Origin: an uncultured Fusobacteriaceae bacterium
Lineage (GTDB): Bacteria; Fusobacteriota; Fusobacteriia; Fusobacteriales; Fusobacteriaceae
Length of the DNA stretch: 25,668 nt
Assembly: GCA_964517235.1 (NCBI GenBank)
Contig: CAZFBB010000023.1
Span: 1-25,668 of the forward strand
Reading direction: 5' to 3'
Made by a program: the position numbers and the translations under genes
Shown: positions 17,701 to 25,593 of the stretch, piece by piece
How positions within the stretch are numbered: the stretch's first letter is position 1
Layout of the letters: each line of letters opens with the position of its first letter
The notes under the pieces: generated by a model
Told to the model about the DNA's origin: nothing
The model's database searches: none
Seen by the model: the letters and a program-made list of their open reading frames with translations, nothing else

Positions 17701-19609
17701 ATTCTAGTTCTTCACTTATTCCTATTATTTTTTCTTCCAATTCTCTTCCATCAATTACTTTAGTAATATTTTCCAAGGTACCTTTACACTCTTCAACACT
17801 AGCAATATAAGGACCAAGACTTTCATCTAATAATAAGAAGTTAATGCAATCATCACTGATTTTTTCATTAGCTTCCCTAATGGCATTTGCCATTTTTTCA
17901 ACTTTTTCCAAATTCACAAATTGTAAATCTTTTAATCCTGTTATTTCTCCCCTTAATTTCCTTAATTTCCTTAGGTATAAAACAAAATCATTAATTTTTT
18001 CAAAAGTGGTGTATTTAATAGTTTTTAAGATGTTTTCACAAGCCTCTTCAACTTTTATACTTTCCTTTTTAGTTTCTTCCCTTATAAAATTTACTTTTTC
18101 ATATTCTTTTATAGCAATGGTAGCAGCCTCTTTTATTTTTAAAAGAGATTCTTTAAGACCAAAAGCTTCTTTTTTGTCAAGCCAAAAATAGTTGTTTATT
18201 ATAGTTTCAGTATCATTAACTATATCAACATAAAGTCCATAGTAACTATCTTCTCTTCTTATTAACTTGTAAAGAGTAGTAATATCAGCAATAGCTCTTA
18301 CAATGCTCTTATTACCAAGATTATATAAAAAAGAACCTTTAACTTCTTCATCTTCTACTTCTAAAGAAGCAGAAAAACTGGTTTCCCATATTTTTAAAGT
18401 ATGGTTACGTTTAGGTTCTAATTCTGCTTTGAAAACAGCCATGTGTCCATTGTCAAAGTGCGCATAACCACTGGCTATTATAGGTGGATTTGCATTTTGA
18501 TTAATTATATTATATGAATAAATATAATATTCTCCACTTTTGTGGTTATAAAAGATATACTGATAATCTTCTCCGTTTTGAGAAACTTTTTTTTCATTGA
18601 ATACTACATTTTCAAAATCAACATCAAATTTTGAAAAACCTCCACCACTTTGTCTAACTAGACCGTTTGGAACTAGGATACCATGGTTTTCAGGTAGAAG
18701 TATACATGCTTTTCCAATACTATCTATTCTATGAACTTCTTTAGTTTTTTGATTAAAAGTAAAGTATCTATAGTTTCTTTCTTGATATGGTTTAATTCTA
18801 AGAAGAATTATATTTCCTGTAATTGAGTAAGATATATCTCCATCATCAAGACTTTGATCTAAGTTTTCAACTGGTTCAGAATAGATTCCCTTTCCACTAT
18901 TTGTATTATTTTCTATTTTGAGAGTTAAATCTCCTCCAATAGTTTCAACAAATAATTTATCTTCTATACTAATGTGAGGATGTTCACCATTAACATGATC
19001 CTCTCTACTAGTTCTTTTCCATTCTATTTCTTGTTGCAAACCATAATTAACTTCATGTGATGATCTATTACCAGCATATTCTAATTTATCATCATTAACA
19101 AACCACTTAAAGGCTTTGATATTGGTAAAATCATTTCCATTTTGAAAAACCATATATAAATATCCATTTTTTTCAAAAAATTTAGTAAAAAAACTTTCTT
19201 TATAATATTTATATAAATCTTCAAATTCACTAAGAAATTTATCGTCTAATAGTAGGGAATAATCGGATTTGCTAAAACTTTCTCCATTGTATTCATAAAT
19301 ACTAAAAACGTCATTAATTTTTATTTTGCTTTTTAGTCCCATGTGAACATTGTAACCTAATATAACCTTGTTTCCTATGGGTACGATATCTCTTGGGATA
19401 CAGTTATTTTCAGTTAAGATAGCTTCTGTTTTTAGAAGTTTAGCAACTTTTTCCCCAAAAACATTAACTCTTTCTCTATTAAGTTTATCCAAACTACTTT
19501 TTAATTCACTAGATGTATCAAGTAATCTATTACGTATAACATTGTAGGCAGCAAAGGTCTCTTGACCTTTGCTACTTTTGCTTTCCTTTTTTTCTATATT
19601 ATCTTCCAT
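14726..19609 (-). CDS. Giant (1627 aa) multidomain protein with a beta-rich N-terminal region, long central coiled coil and a MoxR/McrB-type (AAA_5-like) ATPase module near the C-terminus
   Basis: AAGGGGG RBS 8 nt upstream of the ATG, which lies 11 bp after the flotillin stop. The AAA+ module has Walker A LLLISPPGYGKTT (about nt 15770-15800), Walker B NVIIYLDDIQH and a sensor region VAVVMAGNPYTESGDKFQIPDMLANRADVY. That sensor matches the NP...G...lP.al.nR pattern of AAA_5/MoxR/McrB ATPases. Residues about 480-860 are K/E/L/I-rich heptad-like coiled coil. The first about 450 aa are Tyr/Asn/Gly-rich, suggesting a beta fold. Confidence 0.8.
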   Translation of the reverse strand: MEDNIEKKESKSSKGQETFAAYNVIRNRLLDTSSELKSSLDKLNRERVNVFGEKVAKLLKTEAILTENNCIPRDIVPIGNKVILGYNVHMGLKSKIKINDVFSIYEYNGESFSKSDYSLLLDDKFLSEFEDLYKYYKESFFTKFFEKNGYLYMVFQNGNDFTNIKAFKWFVNDDKLEYAGNRSSHEVNYGLQQEIEWKRTSREDHVNGEHPHISIEDKLFVETIGGDLTLKIENNTNSGKGIYSEPVENLDQSLDDGDISYSITGNIILLRIKPYQERNYRYFTFNQKTKEVHRIDSIGKACILLPENHGILVPNGLVRQSGGGFSKFDVDFENVVFNEKKVSQNGEDYQYIFYNHKSGEYYIYSYNIINQNANPPIIASGYAHFDNGHMAVFKAELEPKRNHTLKIWETSFSASLEVEDEEVKGSFLYNLGNKSIVRAIADITTLYKLIRREDSYYGLYVDIVNDTETIINNYFWLDKKEAFGLKESLLKIKEAATIAIKEYEKVNFIREETKKESIKVEEACENILKTIKYTTFEKINDFVLYLRKLRKLRGEITGLKDLQFVNLEKVEKMANAIREANEKISDDCINFLLLDESLGPYIASVEECKGTLENITKVIDGRELEEKIIGISEELELLITIVNSLKIEDTTKSSEIIDKISSLFATLNGIKSKLNNIVENLDSKERKSDFYSKLNLITQSISNYLNLSDTIEKVDSYLTKIIVQIDELESKFSDFEEFIPQLTEKREEIVSAFTQKKQGLIEKKNKKINSLFDASERVFKGLSNRLKTIDDLKAINEIFSTDLMVEKIRDIIENLIKLGDATKASEIESKLKSLKENSIKQLKDKKELFLDGNTIKFGNNNFLVSDGKTELTLLRKGDRFYYHISGTDYFEKVEESLLSKYEYVWNQELISENQEVYRGEFLAYNIFKSFEDENSLDKLYTLGREGLKKLVDKYVESHYNEYYTKGVHDIDSLKILENIVKTNKEIGLSLYKPEVRAMANYLWNFGIDKEEKSKIEIRLKTLSIINRHKSGNFVNMLIPYLKDRVEEFYENNNFFPRANIERISLYLALEISSHNNFILSKEGEELYLDFNNYLVSINAKEDFKHSLEKLRGDLHGSYILISEWVNTYLSHKNLNKNSYFEEVKNLYLIGDMESRRKVPESSQIKIDDLVGVHKLIDNGKYEVNLVDFFYKLEEFTSKNLLLFNDFQKLKNKLIEDRKYQLKFNELKPKVLTSFVRNKLIDQVYLPLIGDNFAKQIGVAGANKRTDNMGMLLLISPPGYGKTTLMEYIANRLNMLLIKINCPTIGHGITSLDPNEAKNANAKEELEKLNLAFEMGNNVIIYLDDIQHSNPEFLQKFISLCDGQRKIEGIWQGRSKSYEFRGKKVAVVMAGNPYTESGDKFQIPDMLANRADVYNLGDMLRENKEAFKLSYLENAMTSNPYLNKLYMKNQEDTYKLINAVQVGNREEIELEGNYTEGDIEEYSSLLSNMIKVRDEILRVNIEYITSASQNDKYRVEPPFKLQGSYRNMNKIAERIVPVMNEDEIRNLILKAYENDAQTLASDSEASLLKFREISDRLDNPSLARWNEIKKIFLENKSNSNEKGVLQVVEELSKIGINLKVLGELFNKK

Positions 19610-19620
19610 TTATTTCCCCC

Positions 19621-21747
19621 TTAGTCCAATAATTCATGTACTGGGATATTTTCCATTCCTAATGACTTTATTTTTTCTATAGTTTTTAATATAAAGGGTT
19701 TCTTTTCATTACTGCTATTATCCATTAGGTTTAGTAGTGCAGAAGAGATAGTTAAATTTTTGATATCTTCTGTATTTATGCCAAATAAATCAACAAAATT
19801 TCTTAATTCTTCCTTAAATTTTCTTTGGTCTCCATTAAAAAATGTTTCTTTTACATCTTTTAAAACATGTGATTTATCAATTAAAGCATCTGCTTGTTTA
19901 CCAACAGTAATAGTTTTAATTAATTTATCAAAGAAGATACTGTCTCCACCAACAATGTCTATATTTGAGTTTTTAAGTCCTTCACTAACAACTTGAGCTT
20001 GAGCAAGGGCAATATCTTTTTGTATAGAGATTTGAGCAAGTTCAATTTCCTTCTCTTTATTAAGTCTAAGTTTAAATTCTTCATGTTCTCTACCAATAGC
20101 ATCAAATTCCTTCATAGCTTGAGCTTTTTCATTGATACCTTCAGCTTCGGCTACTGCTTTTTCTTTTATTACTTTAGCTTCAGCTACACCTTCTGCTTCT
20201 ACTCCCTTAGCAGTAGCAAGTTTTTCAGCTTCAATACCTTTTGCAATTGCAGTTGCTTCTTTTTCTATAGCTTCAGCTTTTGCATCAGCTTCAAGTTTAG
20301 TTACTTTTGCTTTTGCAATACCTTCAACTTCAATAGCTTCAGCTCTAGCTTTTATAACTCTAGCTTCTGATACTCCCTCAACAGCAGCTTCTTCTGCTCT
20401 TGCATCAGCAATAACTTTTGTTGCTTCAGCTTGCTTAAATGAAGTTTTTAAATTTGTTTCAGCAATAACTATATCCTTTTCAGCTTTTATCTCAGCTGAT
20501 TTTTTGTCAGCTTCAGCTTCTTTAATTCTATCAATTACTTTTACTTCTGCATCAGCTTCAGCAAGAGTTATACTAACTTTTTTCTTTCTATCAGCTTCAG
20601 CAAACTCTTTAGTATCTTTTATTTTTTCCTCTTCGAGTACAACTGATTTTTGTACCATTACTCTTTCTTTTATTACTTCTTGTATATTTTTATTTTCTTC
20701 CTCTACTTTTTTATTTTTTTCAATTTGTGCAAGAGTAACTATCTTTTCTCTTTCAGTCTTTTCCAATTCTCTTTGTTTTTCAACTCTTTCTGATTCGATA
20801 GCTTCAGTTGCTTCTTTTGCTTTTTGAGCAACAATAACAGATCTTTGTTTGTTTTCTTCTAAAATTGAAAGTTCTTCATCAGTTTTAATTCTTGCTTGTT
20901 CATACTTAAATCTTTCTTCTTCAGCAACAGTTTTAATTTGAGAATCTTCTCTGCTTTGTATAGTTTTAATTTCTCTTTCTTGTTTTGCTTCTGCTTCTGC
21001 TTGTTGTTTTTCAAGTTCTAGAATTGCTTCTCTAGCACTTACATCTTGTTCTTTAATAGTTTTTTCTTTGTCTCTTTGGATTTGATTTGCTTTAACCATT
21101 TCAGAGGCAGTTTTTTCTGTGATTTTTTTGATACCTTCAGAATCTAATACATTATCTGGATTTAAGAATTTAAGCTCTGTTTGTTCTAGATAATCAATGG
21201 CTGCATCTTCCAGTTTATATCCATTTAAGTCTTCACCAATAACTTGTAGTATCTCCTCTTTAAATTGAACTCTTTCAGTATAAAGTTGGACAAAATCAAA
21301 CTTTTTACCAGCTGTTTTAAGTGCTTCAGAAAATTTCGCATCAAAAAACTCCATAAGAGTGCTAGAATCAGATGCTTTTTGAGTTCCTAAAGCTTTTGCA
21401 ACTTTTAAAACATCTTCTTGATTGTCATTTACCTTTACGAAAAAGGCTACTCTAATATCAGCTCTTAAATTATCCTTACAAATTAGTCCATCCTTACCTT
21501 CTCTAGCTATTTCAACTCTCTTAACTGAAATATTCATTATTTCCCAGTTATGAAGTATAGGGACTACCCACATACCTGTAAATGATACTTTTGAACCTCC
21601 AAGCCCATTTCTCACTATAGCTTTTCCTTGTGTAACTTTTTTGTAAAATAATTTTAAAACTAGTGGAAAACCAATAAATAGTAGTCCAAAAACTCCCCAA
21701 GCTACTGTAGCTAATAATTTAAAAAGGTTTGTATCAAAATTTTCCAT
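19621..21747 (-). CDS. Flotillin-family SPFH/band-7 protein (YqiK-like) with an N-terminal membrane anchor and a long Ala/Glu/Lys-rich coiled coil
   Basis: 708 aa. AGGAGGA RBS. An N-terminal transmembrane helix (LFKLLATVAWGVFGLLFIGFPLVL) is followed by an SPFH core (AIVRNGLGG.KVSF, GLICKDNLRADIRVAFFVKV). The EA-repeat region (AEAKAEAIEKEATAIAKGIEAEKLATAKGVEAEGVAEAKVIKEKAVAEAEG) is typical of flotillin/YqiK. Confidence 0.85.
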   Translation of the reverse strand: MENFDTNLFKLLATVAWGVFGLLFIGFPLVLKLFYKKVTQGKAIVRNGLGGSKVSFTGMWVVPILHNWEIMNISVKRVEIAREGKDGLICKDNLRADIRVAFFVKVNDNQEDVLKVAKALGTQKASDSSTLMEFFDAKFSEALKTAGKKFDFVQLYTERVQFKEEILQVIGEDLNGYKLEDAAIDYLEQTELKFLNPDNVLDSEGIKKITEKTASEMVKANQIQRDKEKTIKEQDVSAREAILELEKQQAEAEAKQEREIKTIQSREDSQIKTVAEEERFKYEQARIKTDEELSILEENKQRSVIVAQKAKEATEAIESERVEKQRELEKTEREKIVTLAQIEKNKKVEEENKNIQEVIKERVMVQKSVVLEEEKIKDTKEFAEADRKKKVSITLAEADAEVKVIDRIKEAEADKKSAEIKAEKDIVIAETNLKTSFKQAEATKVIADARAEEAAVEGVSEARVIKARAEAIEVEGIAKAKVTKLEADAKAEAIEKEATAIAKGIEAEKLATAKGVEAEGVAEAKVIKEKAVAEAEGINEKAQAMKEFDAIGREHEEFKLRLNKEKEIELAQISIQKDIALAQAQVVSEGLKNSNIDIVGGDSIFFDKLIKTITVGKQADALIDKSHVLKDVKETFFNGDQRKFKEELRNFVDLFGINTEDIKNLTISSALLNLMDNSSNEKKPFILKTIEKIKSLGMENIPVHELLD

Positions 21748-21759
21748 TCAAATATCCTC

Positions 21760-22233
21760 CTAATTTTTTTTGTATAAATAATCTATAGCAATGTCTTCTA
21801 CATTAACTATATTTTTATTGATATTGTTCAATCTAACTAATATTTCTTTTTTATAATTTTTACTTCTACTCTCTAAACTTTCATAATTGTATATTTTACT
21901 AACTTCAATCAAAATACTTTCCAAATCTATAATAAGATTTCCATTGGTGTTTTTTTCGTTTATATAATTAATCCCTTGGTCTATAGTCACTTTACTATAG
22001 ACTTTTCCTTTAACCTCAAAGGGGATATTATCTTTGCTTTGTAAATTTTCAGTAAATTTAAATGGAATAACTTTGATAGTACTATCTATAATAGTTATTT
22101 TTTGAAAGATAATATTGTAAATGACAAGGGTTTCTGTAATTTTTTCTCCCAAAAGTCCTTTTACTATAATTAATTCATTTAATTTTGCTTTTTTTACTCT
22201 AAAAGTTAAAAGAATAAAAAGTATAGTTCCCAT
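21760..22233 (-). CDS. Small membrane protein with a single transmembrane helix (157 aa) and a beta-rich body. Possible truncated SPFH-like or NfeD-like fold.
   Basis: It lies 12 bp upstream of the flotillin gene. It has an N-terminal hydrophobic helix. The segment STIKVIPFKFTENLQSKDNIPFEVKGKVYSKV loosely resembles the TKDN...V.YRV strand region of SPFH domains. The RBS spacing is poor (GGGAGG is 19 nt from the ATG), so the start and even the coding status are less secure. Confidence 0.45.
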   Translation of the reverse strand: MGTILFILLTFRVKKAKLNELIIVKGLLGEKITETLVIYNIIFQKITIIDSTIKVIPFKFTENLQSKDNIPFEVKGKVYSKVTIDQGINYINEKNTNGNLIIDLESILIEVSKIYNYESLESRSKNYKKEILVRLNNINKNIVNVEDIAIDYLYKKN

Positions 22234-22247
22234 TAAAATATAAATAA

Positions 22248-22913
22248 TTATTCCTCCCTTTCATAAAGTTTTATAACTAAATAAACATCTCTTTCTTCTA
22301 CTTCTTCTATTATCTGTACTATGTCCTTTTTAAAAAGATGTTTTTCATTTGAAATTACATTTAAAAGTATTTCACTTCCATTTCCCCTTTTAATCAGGGC
22401 TTGTCCAAGTCTATTGGGTTCCAAACTAGTTTGCATAATAGCTCTTTTGCCAATAGGATTAAATGTGCAATCATCTTCTAATCCTTGAAAAAATGGTAAT
22501 AAGGGTTTAGTTAACCCCTTTGTCACTATTAAACTAGCATTCATATTAATTAATAGGAGAATGAAAGACATAAAAGACTTTGGACTAAAAGGAAAATAAT
22601 ATGTAAGCATAGTAAGTATCCATAAGATACAAATATAAATGGTAATATAAACCATAAATGGAATTGTATCCATATGAGAAAATTCCAAAAATTTTCTAAA
22701 AAATCCTGAATTATCTATTTCAACTTGCTCTGAATTATTAAAATCAAAATCTCCATCTATATCAAAATCTCTATCTATATCAAAATTAAAATCTAACATA
22801 TCTTGTGAAATAAATCCTAATATTACAAATATCCAATATAAAATTACAAAAGTTAAAAGTATTGTAACAATTGTATTTATACCAGTTATAGAAAATAATA
22901 AATATTCTTTCAT
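22248..22913 (-). CDS. YqiJ/DUF1449-like inner-membrane protein with an NfeD-type C-terminal beta-barrel. It is the first gene of the flotillin operon.
   Basis: 221 aa. AAAGGAG RBS. It has N-terminal transmembrane helices and an Asp-rich acidic loop (DFNFDIDRDFDIDGDFDFNN), then further hydrophobic segments. The C-terminus (GQALIKRGNGSEILLNVISNE...IVQIIEEVEERDVYLVIKL) fits an NfeD-like OB/beta-barrel pattern. The architecture and its position upstream of a flotillin gene match E. coli yqiJ-yqiK. Confidence 0.55.
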   Translation of the reverse strand: MKEYLLFSITGINTIVTILLTFVILYWIFVILGFISQDMLDFNFDIDRDFDIDGDFDFNNSEQVEIDNSGFFRKFLEFSHMDTIPFMVYITIYICILWILTMLTYYFPFSPKSFMSFILLLINMNASLIVTKGLTKPLLPFFQGLEDDCTFNPIGKRAIMQTSLEPNRLGQALIKRGNGSEILLNVISNEKHLFKKDIVQIIEEVEERDVYLVIKLYEREE

Positions 22914-22960
22914 AATTGACTCCTTTCAAGAATAATTTGTATAATATTTTATATAAAAAA

Positions 22961-22989
22961 ATTTTATCAAATTTATTTATAAAATGCAA
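22961..22989 (-). promoter_or_regulatory. Candidate sigma70 promoter for the yqiJ-like/flotillin/giant-ATPase operon (-35 TTGCAT, 17 nt spacer, -10 TAAAAT)
   Basis: Read on the minus strand about 45-75 nt upstream of the 22913 start codon. The region is AT-rich, so chance matches are likely. Confidence 0.25.
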
Positions 22990-23417
22990 TGTATAAATTT
23001 TTCAACTATAATTTTTGTAATAATTTAAATAAAAATGTTGAAAATAGTTAAATTTTCACTTTAGATTATTGAAATAAAGAAAAATTATTACTGTAACTGC
23101 TCTCTTACTAAACCTGTATAAGGGGGTTTGAAAAAAGTTTTAATATGTATCAACCTAGTGATTTCTATGATTGTTAAGGCTAAATCCCACCCTATTTATA
23201 TCTAATATTTTAAGAAATATTTACCTCTACTTTTTATGTTGATAATTGCTCAAATCTCTATCTATTTCTTTAAACCAAGTTAACTCTTTTTTAAAGTGTT
23301 GATTATCTTCCTTCTTTTAAAATTCAATTTTTTCATTAAGAAGACGATTATATGCAAATCTGACATAAGCAAAAGTCTTATGGATTAAAGTTAGTAGTTC
23401 TTGATTTTTAATAAATA

Positions 23418-23540
23418 AAGAAGGATTTATTCAAGGTAGATTCAGTTATGTTACTAAAACCTTGTATAATTTTTCTATCAAGATAAAAACAATGATATTT
23501 TTTAAAAGCTATCTGTTTGTCTTCAACCTGATAATGATTT
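23418..23540. repeat. Copy 3 (inverted orientation, shorter) of the dispersed intergenic repeat family, upstream of the flotillin operon
   Basis: gaaggatttattcaaggtagattcagttatgttact...tatcaagataaaaacaatgatattttttaaaagctatctgtttgtcttcaacctg matches the reverse complement of 5260-5380 (ctgaataaggaagatttatccgacgtagattcagttatgtctc...tatcaagacaaaagtaatgatgttttttttaaaaactaattatttgtctttgacctg). Confidence 0.6.
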
Positions 23541-23735
23541 TATTTTTTTAATTTAGGAAATTATTATATTTTATTATATAGTAAAATTAATTAAATAATT
23601 TTAGTAGAAGATAAGTTTTTTATGTGGAACTGTAGTTTAAAAAGGTTTTTAACTATTAATTATTTTCTATATTAAGTGTCATATATAATATAGTTTATTT
23701 GAAAGATAGCTCGACCTAAATGGTCAAGCTATATA

Positions 23736-24023
23736 CTAAGGAGTGCCAGTAGTTTCTAATTTAAGAGTATAAAATTCATCTAATAAATTTTCCATAAATT
23801 CAACTAACCTATGATATAGAGAATATTTTTTTTCATCTTTCATAATAATATCTTTAGCTTCTACTAACTCTTCTTCTAAAGCTAATATAAAATGATTTTC
23901 AAAGTATTCTATCTCATGTTTGTTATATAGATTAGGTCTAGAATGCTCTTTAATATTTTCTTCAAATAACAATAGTTTATACAAATCTTCTTCTATTTTT
24001 TCAAAGAATAGTTCATGTTTCAT
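23736..24023 (-). CDS. Hypothetical acidic protein (95 aa)
   Basis: Start re-anchored to MKHELFFEKIEE on a GGGAGG RBS 9 nt upstream. It is an isolated gene flanked by more than 300 bp of non-coding DNA on each side. I recognise no domain. Confidence 0.45.
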   Translation of the reverse strand: MKHELFFEKIEEDLYKLLLFEENIKEHSRPNLYNKHEIEYFENHFILALEEELVEAKDIIMKDEKKYSLYHRLVEFMENLLDEFYTLKLETTGTP

Positions 24024-24408
24024 ATTGGTACCTCCCAACAACTTTAGCACCCCTCTCACTTTGATTATATTTCCCAAAAGAGCTAAAAACAATCTTTATA
24101 TTAAATAAAATTTAAAGATAGATTAATATGTTAATTTAATCTTATGCGCAAAATAATCAATCGTAGTAATTTTAAAGATAAATTTTATATTTTTATCTTT
24201 GTTTTAAAAAGATAGTTATATTTTATATAAAAAAATTTTGTTTAGTGATAGAAAAAAATTAAAAAAAGAGTTTGATATAGATTTTGCATTTTTTATTTTG
24301 CTTATTGTAATAATACCAATATTATCAGAGATAAAATATATGTTGTATTGACTTATTTTGTTAGATTTGCTAGTATTAACTGATAATATTTTACTTAAGG
24401 GGGTTATT

Positions 24409-25593
24409 ATGTTTTGGAAAGAAGGAGCAAATAGTGTAAAAAATTCTTCATGGATTAGAAAGATGTTTGAAGAAGGAGAAAGATTAGCAAAAATTCATGG
24501 AGCTGAGAATGTATTTAACTTTAGTTTGGGAAATCCTTACAAGGAACCACCTGAAAAAGTTAAAGATACAGTAAATAAACTTATGGAAACAGAAGGTTTA
24601 CATAAATATATGACTAATGCAGGTTTTCCCCAAGTAAGAGAGAAGATAGCTAATCATATTAATTTAAAAACAAAAACTAAAGTAGAATTTAAAAATATTA
24701 TTATGACCAGTGGTGCTGCTGGAGGTTTAAATATTATATTAAAATCTTTACTTAATCAAGGTGAAGAAGTAATAGTTTTTGCGCCGTACTTTGTTGAATA
24801 TGGTTTTTATGCAAAAAATCATGGGGGAAATATAAGGGTAGTAGACACTACTAAAACGGATTTTATGCCGACAAAAAAAGCTTTAATGTCTGCACTTAAT
24901 GAAAAAACAAAAGCTGTAATTATAAATTCACCAAATAATCCAAGTGGTGCACTTTATGGAGTAGAAGTAATAAAAGAATTAGCTGATGGCCTAAGAGAAT
25001 GGGAAGAAAAAAGTGGAAATAAGGTATTTTTAATCTCAGATGAACCATATACTGAAATTGTATATGATGGGCATGAAGTTCCTAATATTCTTGATTATTA
25101 TGACAATAGCATTATAACTACTAGTTTTAGTAAGTCTCTTGGACTTGCAGGTCAAAGAATAGGTTATGTTATAGTTAGTCCTAAAATAGAAGATGTAAAT
25201 TTATTAATTGATATAATGGTATTTTGTAATAGAACACTAGGATTTGTAAGTGCCTCTGCTTTATGGCAAAAGGTAGTAGGTGAATGTGTTGCAGAAAAAG
25301 TAGAAATAGAAGATTATAGGGAAAAAAGAGAGATTCTTTATAATCACTTAACAAAACTAGGTTTTGAAGTAAGAAAGCCAGAAGGAACCTTCTACTTATT
25401 TCCAAAATCTCCTATTCCAGATGATTTTGAGTTTACACAAATTGCTTTAAAATACAATATACTTATAGTACCAGGAAGTGGTTTTGGAGCACCTGGATAT
25501 TTTAGAATATCATATTGTGTATCAAATGAAATGGTTGAAAGATCACTTGATGCATGGACAAAATTGGCCAATGAAGTAATTAGCAAGAAATAA
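24409..25593 (+). CDS. Pyridoxal-phosphate-dependent class I/II aminotransferase (aspartate/aromatic aminotransferase-like)
   Basis: 394 aa from MFWKEGANSV on an AAGGGGG RBS 7 nt upstream. The PLP-lysine motif is SFSKSLGLAGQRIGY. Other conserved positions are NPSGALY, the Gly-rich GAAGGLN, and the C-terminal arginine region (YFRISY). Confidence 0.85.
   Translation: MFWKEGANSVKNSSWIRKMFEEGERLAKIHGAENVFNFSLGNPYKEPPEKVKDTVNKLMETEGLHKYMTNAGFPQVREKIANHINLKTKTKVEFKNIIMTSGAAGGLNIILKSLLNQGEEVIVFAPYFVEYGFYAKNHGGNIRVVDTTKTDFMPTKKALMSALNEKTKAVIINSPNNPSGALYGVEVIKELADGLREWEEKSGNKVFLISDEPYTEIVYDGHEVPNILDYYDNSIITTSFSKSLGLAGQRIGYVIVSPKIEDVNLLIDIMVFCNRTLGFVSASALWQKVVGECVAEKVEIEDYREKREILYNHLTKLGFEVRKPEGTFYLFPKSPIPDDFEFTQIALKYNILIVPGSGFGAPGYFRISYCVSNEMVERSLDAWTKLANEVISKK

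Noticed and set aside
17844-18191. Plus-strand 115-aa ORF inside the giant ATPase gene
   Set aside because: It is antisense to a strongly coding region. It is Ser/Phe/Leu-rich, which is the typical mirror of K/E-rich coding, and it has no RBS.
19760-20827. Plus-strand ORFs 19760-19996, 19993-20370 and 20132-20827, which give low-complexity Ser/Phe- or Ala/Ser-rich products
   Set aside because: They are antisense to the flotillin gene. Their composition mirrors the EA-rich coiled-coil coding repeats. They have no RBS and their amino-acid composition is implausible.
23705-23735. Imperfect hairpin AGCTCGACC-taaatg-GGTCAAGCT just downstream of the 23736 gene
   Set aside because: One mismatch in the stem and no T-tract on either strand. 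It is a weak terminator candidate and is not reported as a feature.
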